A DNA stretch of 58,684 nucleotides, filler included, from Sphacelaria rigidula (taxonomy: Eukaryota): the NCBI GenBank assembly GCA_964200075.2. It is 8 parts of 8 records of this genome, joined end to end, with 100 filler letters (N's around TTAATTAATTAA, not from the genome) between each part and the next. Parts side by side here need not be neighbours in the genome. Positions count along the whole stretch, not along the records: positions 7,350 to 14,598 come from CAXNAA020015776.1; positions 14,699 to 21,946 come from CAXNAA020015777.1; positions 22,047 to 29,294 come from CAXNAA020015778.1; 5 more parts are not named here. One strand, written 5' to 3'. The position numbers and the translations under genes were made by a program. The first letter of the stretch is position 1. Each line of letters starts with the position of its first letter. This document shows, piece by piece, positions 12,128 through 25,300 of this stretch. The notes beneath the pieces were generated by a model. The model was not told where the DNA came from. It saw only the letters and a program-made list of their open reading frames with translations, and made no database searches.

Positions 12128-12325
12128 GCTTGATCCATGCCGTACGGATAGCCGGTGGGAAACATGGACGATTCATGCCGCGTGAATAACAGGTGGTGAA
12201 GATGTACGACTGATTCATGTCGCTTGAACAGCAGGTGATGAGGATGTATGCTTCATCTATGCCGCTTGAAGAGCGGGTAATGAAGATCTACGTTTGATTC
12301 ATGCCATTGTGAACCGCCGGTGGGA
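12128..12325. repeat. Degenerate ~42-bp minisatellite, about 5 units
   Basis: Approximate unit GATTCATGCCGCTTGAACAGCAGGTGATGAAGATGTACGTTT. Confidence 0.75.
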
Positions 12326-13342
12326 AGCCAAGGCGAATCCCCGTTCTCGTAGGAATCGTCCGATTTGGTCGTTGCAAACAACCTAGAACCTTATCTACGC
12401 GCTGTCTGTATCTCTCGCGCCTTTACCGTTTCACCAGGGTAGGCGATCTGTTGTATGGGCATTATTCACCACATTTTTCAATTGTACATGGTGTCGAGTC
12501 ACAGATCGCCTACTCTGGCGGTTGAAGGCTCGACCGTTTGACCTCCAGCACCGTTTCGGAATGGTTTCACCAGATGACGGCAAAGGGTTTCAGTATTTCT
12601 TCACGAGGGTTGTGCCGGTTCCCAGATCGTGAGCAAATAATCCCCACATGCGTGTTTGTAGGAATTTCTGGGTCGCTTGTTCTGATTGTGATTCAGGAAG
12701 TTTTACAAATCACCCAGTATCGGCCACCTGGAGCTGAAGCTCTAACGTTTGCCTATCAACCACAGACACACAACAAAGAGTACTTCGCATTCCTTGCAGT
12801 GTCTTTGCCATCCACCTACCCCCTCTTGTGTTGTCAAGAGCCGCGCACTGTTGAATAACCTTGATCAGGGTTAGAAGCAATATATACCGTGTTGTGTGCA
12901 GTGCGAAGCAGATGTGTCGTACACTGTACGTTGTGTTCAACCGATGATGGGAAATATGCCGTGTGTACGGAACAGCAGCAGCGCGGTATCACAGAGTACG
13001 TTTATCATAATATGACACGCAGTGTAACATCAAAACATGGAGGAGGTGCGATAGGATCTCCTTCGGAGTACAATGGCCGCTGAATCAAGGTGGAGAGTAT
13101 GTTGCTTGACTACATGGCAGCAATAGTGGCAGCCAGCGTGCACAATTTACTTGCCCACTGCAGCATGTACCACGTACTCAGCATACCAAAAAAACGTACA
13201 CTCACGTGGTTTTGCCAGAAAAAACGGTCAGAGACGGTCAGGGGTCATCATGCGCTAGTTTCACCTCACTCAGCATACGTGTGTTGGTACCACTTGAAAA
13301 ATTACACACGTCGGACAACTCATGAGTTAAGTCAGTTATGCT

Positions 13343-13575
13343 GTATAACTCACCCGACCAGAATGTGCACCGCTGAGATATAAGTATACTCACTTGGCCA
13401 AGGTATGCATAACTGAGTTATAGTTTTTGACTCACCAGGCCAGATTTTGCATCGCTGGGATGTAGTTTTTAACTCACCCGGCTAGAATGGGCACCGCTGA
13501 TTTATGCTGCTATAACTCAATGGCGAGTTTTCGGAAAATGAGTTATGAAGAACAACTCACCCGACCGAAAACACG
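13343..13575. repeat. Degenerate ~41-42-bp minisatellite, about 6 units, with an isolated unit at ~14288-14320
   Basis: ACTCAC recurs every ~40-42 bp. Approximate unit TATAACTCACCCGGCCAGAATGTGCACCGCTGAGATATAGTT. Confidence 0.7.
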
Positions 13576-16500
13576 CAGAAGATAATGGTCGACACTAGTC
13601 ACTCATGTCAGAGGAAACGCGTGATCACGTGACACGTCTGCTGGTACACGTGGCGTGAGAAGCCTCGGAATATATACGCGTATGCATACATATATCAATA
13701 CTGCCGCAGGTGTAATATGAAAACATGTAGATTATTGGACGAGTATAAAATGCCAAAATAAGGCGGTTTCTCACGGTTTGTTTTCTGGGGGGAGGGGGGG
13801 GTTCATATGCCGCAGCACCGCTGAAGTCCGTGTTGAATGCCACAGTAGATGATCGTAACGTGTGTCGCATGCAAGGCAACTCTCGATGATCGTCGTGCAC
13901 GCGCCAAGCGTGTGGGTGTGTGTGTGGATGTGTGTATGGGAGAGAGGGTGTCACACAAACTGAGGGGTAGAGACGTGCTATCTCAATAGAACTCGACACT
14001 CCGAACACGAGAGCGAGTGATGTGGCCGTGTTATGAGTCAAGGGGTACAGATTAATTATCTCAGAACTCAGAACACAAAATTGCTCAAAACTCACAACAC
14101 AAAACTGAGTGTGACATGACCGTGTTGCATGAGTTCAGGGGTACAGGTTCATGAGCTATCTCCGAACTCAGAACTCGAATGTAAGGTGCATCTCTGTGTA
14201 CAGCATGAGCTGTTTCAGAACTCGGAACACATAACTGAGCTGCTCCACATCATTTTTTTCATTCTTTGATTTTTATTCTACAATTAATTCGCCCGGCCAG
14301 AATGTGCACCGCTGATTTATCTTTGATGCCTTCGCGATACGGCACGCGACAGCTGCAGGCCAAGATGCACCGACAGCACCTGTGACCGACAGTACCAACA
14401 CCAACTCATCATAGCCTAGGCCAGATCCGTAGAGCAATGTGTTTGGTTCCCATCTCTGATTTGTTCATCTCTCGTTCCTGGTGGTTTCGTGTCTGTTTTT
14501 GTTTCGTCTGTGCACCCCCCCCCCCCCGAAACGAGCCTGGCTCTGTCGTGTGTCTTCTTGTCCATTTTTTTCTTTTCTTTCATATTCCTCTTTTTTTTNN
14601 NNNNNNNNNNNNNNNNNNNNNNNNNNNNNNNNNNNNNNNNNNTTAATTAATTAANNNNNNNNNNNNNNNNNNNNNNNNNNNNNNNNNNNNNNNNNNNNTG
14701 TCTAGTGCATCAAACGATTTCATGCCACCTTTGTTCACGTCCCGCATTTCCCCCTCTAGCAGGTCCCGTTCGGGAGGGGGGGGGAGGGGGGGGCTTTTTG
14801 GCTCGCGGCCGCTCGATAACCAAACCAATATACACCATTTACAGTGTTGAACTGGATAGATAGTGGTTGAACAAACATTATTGAGCTCTTTTTGCAATGA
14901 GAAAAACTTCGGGCGCCCAAATCACTTTTTCATTGGTGTGCCCAGGTGATAATTGTCCGTACCAAAATTAAACACTGTAATTCTCAGAGATTTGCTGAAA
15001 ATCCGCCTGCCACTACAACAGATCAGCTCCGAGTCTACTGGCCTTGCTCGCACTCTGTATTTCCATCAATTATCTATAGAAGAGATAGTCGTCAGGAGTC
15101 GGAAATACTGTAACATTATAATATTGTGAGGCTTATGATTATATGGCTTCACGCTGTAGTCGGAAAACTTGACATGTTATATGAAAATGTTTTTTTGTCA
15201 GCAATAATTAATTTCGTGATTGGAGAAGTCGGGAATAAAATATAAATTTTCCGCAAAAGTCAGCAACCGCACAAGTATGGTTCGGTCAGTTAACGGTTTT
15301 ACAGTTCGTCTAACAACTAACCGTTCGGCCTAATTTTCACGTTTCCATATTCACCAGTGCAGGTACGTCGAGCAGATCGTGACGTGATGCTACACGGTTA
15401 CATCGACAAGCAAGAGAGGGTGAGGGCAAAGAGAAAAACCGTATTCGTTGTCGCTTTTGTGAACACCTGATTGATACGATACATTTATCCGAGGGAGCAA
15501 CAAACAAGGAGAGCACATACATATAGTACAGTCAGTCGGTATACGTCATGGTGTGGTTGAGGTTTTTGGTGGAGATCTCGATCTCCATGTTGATGTATGT
15601 GCACAAGTATGTGACCAGGATGTGCCCTTTGTTTCGGTTTGGACTTTTGGACTTTCTTTGCGCCTACATAACAAACAAATACATCTACAGAGCGTTTGAA
15701 AAAGGATACGAGACACGAGACCCTCCCGTCGGCAGAGATAAAACCGGTCAACCGGACCCCTGCTGAAACGAACGAACCCCCTACCGTCCATCCTGTTCGA
15801 CGAGCTGTCTGCCCGCGTCGTTACTAGCAGGCTGACTTGGAGTCGTGCCTTCCTGTACTATATGGCCCGCACGTCTCTGTCTTGAATACTTCGACACCTG
15901 CTAACCGGCATGCACCAGCTTCCTCAGGGAACACCCCAGCCATCACTTCCGCTAGAGTTCTACATGACACATACAAGCCAGTAACGCACGAGCGTTGCTG
16001 CTGCCGCTGCCCACAAAAACCAAGCTCTATCTGGTGACACGTGCATGCGCGCAGGTCTGCTGGCTGCTGTAGAGTACAGCACCCTCGAGCACATCCCTGT
16101 TCCATAAATCGCGTGTTCGTGTTTGTCAGCGGGCTAGCCGTCCCTTCAGCGTCGACCTATCTACCCGGAGTTGCTACAAACCCAAGGCGCTTCTACGACC
16201 TTTTGTGGAAAACTTTTTTTGTTTGAACGTTCGCCGGTCAGGCTGTGTGCAGCAGTGCCGGTGTTTCAGCAGCTGCGTAGGTAGCTGGCCTGCGTGCGGT
16301 GGAGAGAGGGCAGCAAGGATCGTAAGCTTGCGTCTGTCGGGGCGTCAGCCGCCTCCTGCTGCTGCCGATCGATGGAGCCGGTAAGCTCCTGTTGTTGTTC
16401 CCACCGTACTACTGCAATGTATCTTGCACTGATTGATTTGATTGATAGACTATCTGTACCATAATTGGCGATGTATCTTTTTCATGCATCCCACATACGT

Positions 16501-17299
16501 GCGGTTCCATGATACCCTCATAGTTACATGCTACGCTGAACGTGTGCAGCCTGGTTCACAGTACGGTGCAGTACTCATGGTCGACAGCAGTAGGTGTATG
16601 CTGCTCCCAGTCCACAACAGACAATGGGTGTTCGTTGAATCCTGAGTTGCTACCGTGCGAATACCGTACAAGATATACTGTATCGCTGGTTGATGGAAAT
16701 CAACCAGTGTCGACCGTTGTGACCATATCCAATCAAAATCCCCGACTGCATTTGATTCATGGTTTCGCGTAGCAAAGACGATCACCCGTCACCCGTGAAG
16801 GTTGTGGCAATACATGTGCGGTCATCGAGAGCGAATTAGCGTCGGGAGGACACCGTCTTCCGAACTTCGTCAATTTATGCAACGCCTCTTGTTCGAGGAA
16901 GGTTTGTTTGAATCAGGTCGTGACGGCGTAAATCGGCGGTGGTTGGCAACTGCCAGTTGTACAGCAACCGTCAGATGCACTTTTGCACTGCACCGATTTC
17001 GAACCCTCTTTGAGGTTTTCCTCGAGACTCGAAAATCGGGGTGAGATTGAATTTGCGCCAATGACGGCGCGTAGACATCCTGCTAGGACGTGAAATGTAC
17101 GCTTCGACAGTCCGTGTCATTGACGGGGTGGACCAAATGGTCCACGCACTGATTACAATACTGTCATGTCGATGTCCACACAACAGCGCGTATGGATACA
17201 TCGATCGGTCGGACAAAATAAATACGCCGCAAAAGTGTAGTCCTGAGACAGCAGTCTGGAAGGAAGTGTTTCTCAACGTCTGAAGATATATGCAACGGG

Positions 17300-17740
17300 T
17301 GCATGTGGAGTACTCTTGCGACCACTGACCTGGAGGTACGCAGATACCCTCGCCGGCCTCCGGATATTTTTGAGTGCACAAAACTGCATCCCGTTGGCTG
17401 TTTTTCCCCATCTGTTTTATTGTTCAACCATCCCCTCTCTAATGTCGCGACAATGGTTGATGGCACTGTAGAGAGGGTTCATGTATACTTTGAAGATCAC
17501 AAAACACAGCACATCGCAAGCCCCAACAATCCTTCGTCTGCCAAGGTTGGTAATGGGTTGACTGGGCATCATTTTCACTTGGAAAATGTCTTAGACCTAG
17601 ATGATCCATCCTGGCGGTCAAGTGTGACAAAACCTCCACAGAGGCAACTCCTCGCCCTTGTAGAAGTGTACATGCAAGTGAGTACAGTAACCTCTTGACG
17701 GCCGCCATGTAGATCTTACTATCATCTCGAAGGAGAAAAT
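17300..17740 (-). pseudogene. Decayed SET-domain-like remnant
   Basis: One minus frame with four stops reads VRSTWRPSRGYC..HFYKGEELPLW ... YMNPLYSAINHCRD ... MQFCALKNI, then after a frameshift EAGEGICVPPG. The order matches the SET GxG, NH and RDIxxGEE motifs. Confidence 0.45.
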
Positions 17741-18855
17741 GACGTTGTCACCCTACGACCCCTGCGATCGAATCCGGGAGCCCAATAATTGTTCCATCGG
17801 TAATATCGGCTATACTGTCCGTTGTACAGTTGTGCAGATCCACTACACCCCCGTTTCACCTACATAGCGTGCCCCACTCCTATACCCTTCCTCGGCTTGG
17901 AGTGCGGGATAACGGTTGATACACCACAGACCAGAGTATAGTAGTACGTCCGTAGAGCCAGCTCCTTTGAACCTGCTAAACATTCGAGTCTCTTGAACGG
18001 ATGTTTAATAAAGGCCATGGCCACCAACTAGCTGAGGTGCTCTCCTCTCGTGTACGTGAGACACACACCCTTCCCGGGGACGAGTCCAAAGTCTCGAAGG
18101 ATCGACCGATCACTCGCCCCCTTGATTGCTTGCCTTGCAATGTATACTGTCGAGCGTCGGGGCAGCAACCCCGAAACCTTGAAACCTTCATCGGCGTTTT
18201 ACTGTTGAAACCACAATCTTACGCCTACCATGACGGAAATAAAAGAAAGAAAACGTTTTTGCTGGGATCTGAACCCAGTCAGTACTGTGCGCAAACTTTC
18301 CGATGGTCGTGTACGGGTTTGATAACTGGGGCTCACTTATTCGCATATGCCAACTTCGGAGGTCGAATCGTAAGACGGCGGGTTGTTATATACCGTACAG
18401 CACATAAGTTCACTCGCTCGCGGATGCAGCATAATAGTGCCGGACCATCGACAAAAAACAGAACCCAAGGCGAGTATACAAAGGCCGCAGGGCAAAAGAC
18501 TCAACATATTATCGCAATATTTGCGTAAAGTATGGTCGGATGTAAGAGTCAAGTTCACGCGTACGACAGTCTACTCCCCCCGTGCATCCCGCTATCTCTC
18601 AAATGTACAGTGACGTTTGGCTATTGGAGCTTATTGGACTGCTCAAGTTTAGTCTGCTGAAGCTGCCGCGTGTATAACGCCGCACACCGCACGCCCACCA
18701 ATTTTCTCCGTGCGTAACAAATACTGGAAAGGCCTATCCACCCCCCCCCGCCCCCACGAAATCCTCCGCCCCGTAACAGATACGCGGCAAATAGAACAAA
18801 AACGAAGGCAANNNNNNNNNNCCCACCCCCCCCCCCCCCGCCCCTACGATATGCT

Positions 18856-19655
18856 CCGTCTCGAAAGGGATGCGCGGTCAATGGTCAAATGACTAAGGCA
18901 AGCAACAAATGAGTACGCCCCTCCCCCCTCCCCCTACGATATAGGTCAAGTTGCCGTAACGTAGTTCACAATTGTTCATCCATGCAATTTGTAGCGTTTT
19001 CTCCGCCCGGCCAGGCAGGGTTGTCCCGTCTGCAAGCCGCTCAAACAGGATGGCGCAATTTGTTGCGCTGCTTGCATGAAAAACACAGCGTTCGATCAAT
19101 GAGATCCATCGTCAGTCCGTGATCCATCACATCATCATCATGCGATATTCATCATTTTTGCTACCACCTGCTCCGCACACACGTTAGTGACCAATTTCAT
19201 CGTGTTTCAAAACTCCTCGTGCTCGAAGATTGCAATAATTTGTGTCGTAAAACAGCAGCGGCAGTACAGTCTCTGTACCCAGTGCAAGATGCAGGCACAG
19301 CCGAGTGAAATTAACCCGGGTTCAAAGGCCAATTTCTGGGGGGAAAGGGTTGGTGTTGACACAATGAAGTGTGTGCGAGAAGCTGACATGTACACGCGTG
19401 AACTGCCTCAGTGGAATTATTTAGTTTGTACCCTTATCCCCATAAGTATATATATTTTTCTTCTGTCGGAGGTAACTGTTCTACATTGCAGTGGGTGGTG
19501 AGGCTTAACCTCCAGGCTGTGCCTTGCCACTCGGTACCGAAGTACAGGAGAATAAAGACACTACTGTCGTACCCCCCCCCCCGCCCTCCCCGTCCCGAAA
19601 GGGATGCGGGTCAATGGTCAGACGACCAAGGCAAGCAACAAATGAGTACGCCCCC
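18856..19655 (+). repeat. Pair of ~70-bp direct repeats (18856-18925 and 19590-19655)
   Basis: ccgtc.cgaaagggatgcg..gtcaatggtca.a.gac.aaggcaagcaacaaatgagtacgcccc occurs twice, both copies flanked by poly-C. Confidence 0.85.
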
Positions 19656-19971
19656 CGCCCCGTCCCCCGCCCGCCCCCCCGCCATTCACCATTTACATAT
19701 ATTTCTGTTGAGGTGTTTATCCCCAAGCCCCTATGCAAGTGTGGCAAATTTCCTCGTCGTTGGTCACTGAAATCTTCTCCTTCACATCCCGCCCCTAAAC
19801 TTCAATAATGCGAACTGTTTCAGCAGGCACGAGAACAGCTGAGGGGTGTACTGGCTGCTTTAGGGGCCACGAATTCGATCTTATCGGTGGGAAAATATCC
19901 GGCGGTGTGTACGACTGAAACAGGGAGAGCGGTGAGGATTTTTGTTTCTTCTGCTTTCTATGATACATGAA

Positions 19972-20450
19972 GGCCGAGTCTGATGGGAGGCGTTCAAAAT
20001 TCCTGCTCAAAACTGCCTTTTTGGACCTTCTCAGTCGTTTAACGCCTGAAAAGAGGGCTAGGTGGATATTGATTGACGCCTTGGCATGACTTGCTTTACT
20101 CATTGAGGCCATTCCAGGGCAACTTTGCATTTCCCGCTGGCCGCACTTTCATTTTTGGCCAAACACGGATCTTCAACAAAAAACGGTTCAGCGATAAAAA
20201 AAAAACAGGATGAAATTTTGATTATCTGACCATTTTTTACTGAAAATCCGTGTTTGGCCTCAGTTGGCCGAAAACAAAAGTGCGGCCAGCGGGAAATGCA
20301 AAATTGTCGTAGAACGGTCTCAACGAGCAGAGCTAGTCATTCCAACGCGCCAGCCTCCGTCCAGCCCTCTTTTCGGGCGTAAATCGACGGAGAAGGGCCC
20401 AAAAGGCAGTTTTCGACAGGAATTTTGAACAGCTCCCATTAGAGTTGGCC
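19972..20450. mobile_element. Uninterrupted foldback/MITE of family B, ~480 bp
   Basis: GGCCGAGTCTGATGGGAG...CTCCCATTAGAGTTGGCC with ~200-bp inverted arms. A partial copy lies at ~55300-55430. Confidence 0.85.
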
Positions 20451-21404
20451 CAATGAGAAGAAGCTCTTGGAGTGTTTCGGAACAGACGACCCCCAAGATC
20501 TGCAATAGGGACTCCCTTCCACCCCCCTTGCCTCTTTTGAAGTAGGGTAGTTTGATTTGATTTTTTTATTTGATGGACTGATTGTCGTACTTGAACTGAC
20601 CCCCCAGGGATCCAGCTGTGGTCAAACGATAGACGTGCCCTTTTTAGCCTAAATAATCACCATTACTCTCTCCTTCCACCGTTTCCAAGTACTTCCTGCC
20701 TCTCTCGTCCATCCTAATCCTTCTGACGAAGAGCTTGGGATCTTGAATGTAAGAGTAACGCATACAAAAATCGATACACGACGTGATGCATCAGCATTCC
20801 TCAAATAACACTCGTGAAGTTTCCACTCCGTACTATGACCTTTAGAAGAGCTTCGCCACGTGGTGTCATCATTTTGTTCTCGTCTCAATACTGTACGGAT
20901 ATTTAGATCTTTGGTGGGGCTGACAGTACCCCCAAGTGCTCCTACCATACGCAAAACGTGTTTTCATCTAGATTGGCGCCGACTTGAGGTCTGCCAACGC
21001 ATGCTTTGCCGAGAGACCCCTTTACGCTGCCCCTTTTTCGGCGAATATCGATATTCCTTGGGTTGGGGTAAGATGGGCCAGATTAGGGCTGGCGTTATTA
21101 CCATAGCATAAAATTCGGAGAACGGAGTGAAAAACCAAGCCCCTCGCTTGGACTGTTTTCTGAGGCCCGAGAGTCTCATTCCATGATAGAGCGGCCCCTT
21201 GCCACAGAGATATCAGAAGCATCACTGGAAATATGTTGAGAACAATCAGTTTGGCTTCACCTCTTGAGTGCAGACGGAGTCTGTATCTAGGTACAGATCT
21301 TCTCACTAAAATAGAGGAAGTTGGTTTGTGAAATCAGGTCACGAAGGGTCTGATTTGGGCGCGCATACACTCGAAAAATTACCCCTTCGCAGTCGGAGGG
21401 ATAA

Positions 21405-21640
21405 CCCTTTGGGCGCGGCAGGGTAGGCAATCTGTTGAATCGGCATCACTTTCCCTTGTTTGTTTCCCAACTGGTGGTGATGCCGATTCAACAGAATGTC
21501 GTCACTGGCGGTCAAAGGGTTTGACCCTTTGACCGCCACACAGTGGATCGTCTGTGGAATCATTTTCATTTTTGAAATGAATGTTTCCTTCGGGAATAAA
21601 TGTCAGGCCCAAATGGCTCCCACCCACGCAATCCAAGGGG
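21405..21640. mobile_element. Two adjacent degenerate TTAA-type MITEs
   Basis: ataa|CCCTTTGGGCGCG...GGCGGTCAAAGGG (21405-21519) contains the inner palindrome TCTGTTGAATCGGCATCA..TGATGCCGATTCAACAGA. It is followed at 21525 by CCCTTTGACCGCC. Confidence 0.65.
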
Positions 21641-21877
21641 TGAGCAATGCAACCGTGTTTCATGTGCAAGTACATAGTCCGGGGTTTGGACATGGCAGAG
21701 AAAGACGAGGCATATCTTTCATGGAGGGCGGTACTTGCAAACAAAGAGAAATCAGCAGCGTAGCCACAGTGGCAGAGTATCGAGTATCGGCCGGTCAAGA
21801 TTTTCCGAAACGCGATACCGCGTCTGAATGCTTGATGCTTCCCCCCCCCCGGCCTCCGTTGCCTGGTCCGGCGAGAA

Positions 21878-21946
21878 CCCGGCGTGCTCCGTCCCGGCTT
21901 TGTACGGGCGGACCCCCAATGAGGTTGGCGTCGCTTGGCGATGACG
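21878..21946 (+). repeat. High-copy dispersed repeat found at several contig ends
   Basis: cccggcgtgctccgtcccggctttgt..ggcggacccc..atg.ggttggcgtcg also occurs at ~25795-25868, ~26260-26290, 29395-29455 (reverse), 36580-36642 and ~43950-43990 (reverse). Confidence 0.9.
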
Positions 21947-22318
21947 NNNNNNNNNNNNNNNNNNNNNNNNNNNNNNNNNNNNNNNNNNNNTTAATTAATT
22001 AANNNNNNNNNNNNNNNNNNNNNNNNNNNNNNNNNNNNNNNNNNNNCAAAACAAGGGGATAAACAAAAATGCGCATCCTGTCGAATAACCGATCTAAACC
22101 TGAGAAAACACACGGTGATTTGGGGGGGGGGGGGGACGGCAACCGCAACAGCGAATGTCCATTGAGCTCTCGAACCACCTGTTTTTGCACGGGCACAGTT
22201 CTCTTGAACAAAAACAAAGACAAAAACAGAACACACGTATGCGAAACTTAAAGTGAATATGCGTGTTTCCTCTCCCATCATACACACACGAAGAACTCTG
22301 ATATGCCAATACGCCCAC

Positions 22319-22417
22319 CATCCTGCAACAAAGACATTCCCTGAACGTCCATTCGCCATCGTCTATCGCCATTCCCCCGTCTTATCGTCATCTTCGAAAA
22401 GCATCGGCAATCTCACC
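22319..22417 (-). CDS. Possible further exon (VRLPMLFEDDDKTGNGDRRWRMDVQGMSLLQD)
   Basis: Phase-2 compatible but weak acceptor gaagag|, donor G|GTGGGC, and an open frame. Confidence 0.4.
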
Positions 22418-22491
22418 CTCTTCAACGTACAACATAGAAACGAAACACAAAAGCTTCAGCCTGACTTGTCGGAACACGAGATAAACCTCAC

Positions 22492-22828
22492 GTTACGACA
22501 TCCGTGTCCCCGATCTCCCCCATAAACGAGCTTTGAGGCGTTTGCTTGGCCAGCGATCTTGGGCTGCTAGCTCCATGGACAGGGGGCGTCTCCCTTCCAT
22601 TCTTACTTCCTGTTGATCGCACACTCTGGGCACCGGCCCATCGGCCGTCAGTGGGGAAAGCTGAACCACTACCTGAAGCGCCTGGTGTGTCAACAAGCGA
22701 GCTGTTAGGGGCCTGCTTGTCCAGGTTCATGGGCCGACGGGATCGTGTGCGCACGGGCGGGGTGGCACGGCCCTGGACAGACCCTGTACCAGCGTCGCGA
22801 CGTGCGGATGGCGGGGGGTGACCCGAGC
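22492..22828 (-). CDS. Further exon of the same gene (GSGHPPPSARR...GDTDVVT)
   Basis: The gcag| acceptor is phase 1, matching the previous exon. Donor AC|GTGAG. Composition is similarly low-complexity. Confidence 0.65.
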
Positions 22829-23229
22829 CTGCTCCGTTCAACCATGCGGGGTAAGGGTATGGGACGGGGGGGAGTGTTCAAGACAGGGTGTGGGTTCTTA
22901 GGTAGATATTTTGACCCAGGAAAGCTCTGAATATTTTCACTGTACGAGGGGCCGTGAACAAAAACAATACAAGCAGAAGCAGGTGCATTGGAATGAATAC
23001 CTGAGACTCAAATGGACCGCCCGCATAGAAGTCGAACGGTATTATACTCTAGAGGAATTGATATCGCTCGAGGTGATCGGCTCAAGACGTGGAAATTACA
23101 ACAAGCTTCGGGCAAAGCATGCGGGATGAGCTTAGGAAACATTCAAGAAAATGTCAAATTTTGCGTGACGTTATGGCAAGAAAGCATCTCGAAAAAGGGA
23201 CCTTTCCAGCACTCGCCAGGAGCCACTCA

Positions 23230-25300
23230 TCCAGGGTCCATAAAAAAGCCGCTTCATGAATTTGGAATGAAATTCTTCATCGACGATGATAGCGCGGAAA
23301 AATCGAAATCTTCGTGTTGACACCAATTCTTCCAACTACCTCACCTACTGCTAACTACTGACGACTGCTGACGCCATACAATCTTGTATTCCGAAAACCG
23401 AAATCTTGGGGCCCTGGGTGAGAACACAATTCCGGGGAATTTAGGATTCTCCAGCGTTATTACTTTTCGATAATATGGAGGCATTAGTCTCGGTGATGTG
23501 TACGTTCTACTAGCTGAAGTCGTGTTCCGCAGTGCCAATAATCGCAAGCTCAGACAGGCGGTCATCGTGGGAAGAGGGTTGGGCACTGTTGGCTTCAACA
23601 GCTCGCTTCACGGACGATGCTCCACATGGGAGAAAGTCGCATGACGCACGAGATTCGTGACAGAACATGTCGCGAGTGATTTTTGCAGAAAAGATGTCTG
23701 TATCCGCTAGAAGAGGGCGAAGTTGGTGCAGGGTTGCTTAGATGCGGGCCCCACTCTGTGCGCATCGGTCTTGAAACACGCATCCTCATACATGGAATGT
23801 GCAGTTTGCCGCTGTGTTCGACACTGCGGACCAACCGCAGCGTGACGCCTTGGGCGGTACTACTTGCCCACTGCACAGCGGCAGGGTGCAAGGTGACAAA
23901 GCACACCACAGGACGTCACATCCTCAGCATATCGCTGTGCTGCATTGATTTCGCGCTGTCCCATGCAGTTCGCCACATAATGAACGCAACCGCTTGTATC
24001 TACGGCCAACGTGTACGCGGGATATCACCCCTATATTGCTACGCCACACTGTGTAAAGCTGTCCGTGTTGCAGCTACAGCGTGCGTTTGCCCCAGGTGGC
24101 GCACGCAGGAGTGAAGGGCCGCCTCCGCTGCTGTAATGGCTGCCTGTATCTTGGGCTGTATGGTAACACAGGCACAATGGCGCGAAAGCCGTCTGTAGTT
24201 TTTCACACGCTGGAGAGTTTTACACACTGTTGTCTCGAAGTGTAGTGTTGCAGTTACCGACTTCAAGTATGAGTATTACACAAATTACAGTCGGCAATAT
24301 ATTCTATACTGTACACAGTAGACTTCTAACATTGTGTTGGTACTGACTGTAGAAATCTGTGTCCAGTACACTGTAAGTTGATATCGCTAGAAGGACATTA
24401 CCATAACCACCTTGCCCGCTGCCAGACTGTTAGGACATATGATCCGTTAGCATTGCTACTGTCTGTACGGGGATGATGCCTCTTTGTCGGGTACATGGGG
24501 AAGGATCCATGGCAGAACTCAGTGGTCGCGTGAGAGAAACTCAACCCTTTGACCGTGACCGTGAGTCACGTGCTGAATCGGCGTCAATTTCACTTGAAAA
24601 AAGTATCGTGATCGAGATGGACTACCGGAATCGCGGTCCAAGGGTTAACCTTGACGCGTCGAGCTTTTCGGGAGCCTAGACCTTCACATATATGGCGGGG
24701 CCTAGATGATGCTTTTTCTCTGCTTTTCTGCGAGCTCTCATCCATAACTGGGCGAAGATTGACGATGACGCCTGATGAATCCGTTGCGGTCTGCGAGCCC
24801 GACCAAAATTGTACCTACTATAATCGTCCTCAGACAGGAAGTGGTGAAAAAATACAAATTGATGAAAATGGTATCCGCCGTTTCAACGCAGACCGGGCTC
24901 TCAGTGCCTTGTGCAGCCACGGCTGCGGCTCCCACATTTTGCTGTAGCGCCAATCAACAAATCATCCAAGTTTCGGCGTCATCACAAGCGAGGTGGGGAT
25001 TTTTTTACATCTAAGCTTCAAAAACACCGCCTCCATATCATCGAAAAGGAATGACCCTCTCTCAAAACGGATCATCTAAATTCCCCACCATCGTTATTTA
25101 CCTGGGACCCCAAAATTTCGTTTGTCGGAATACAAATCTGTACGGTGTGTGGCAGTTGTCAGTGGCTACCAGTATATGAGGGAATGAAACCATATGTTGA
25201 AGGAATGGCGTGGAAACGAACATTTTAATTTTCCTGGTTATCATCCTCTTTGAAAAGGTTCACCCTCTATTTCAAAAACCGGCTGCTATAACCCATCAAA
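23230..25300. mobile_element. Degenerate ~2-kb element with long inverted ends, related to the 34214-34640 foldback, inside an intron
   Basis: 23300-23440 and 25080-25240 are inverted relative to each other, and each resembles one arm of the 34.2-34.6 kb palindrome. Confidence 0.55.
24545..24644. mobile_element. 100-bp TTAA-type MITE, same family as 8928-9025
   Basis: tcaa|CCCTTTGACCGTGA...TCGCGGTCCAAGGG|ttaa, with the shared internal motif gaatcggc.tcaatttca..tgaa.aa. Confidence 0.8.

Noticed and set aside
12128-13575. CRISPR-like array
   Set aside because: Units are degenerate along their whole length with no unique spacers, no cas genes are present, and the context is eukaryotic.
18812-18821. 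Eighth N gap as another contig join
   Set aside because: Only 10 N with no linker, next to poly-C, so it is an ordinary intra-scaffold gap.
20640-21310. Possible LINE ORF2 3' remnant
   Set aside because: No recognisable reverse transcriptase, RNase H or zinc-knuckle motif.
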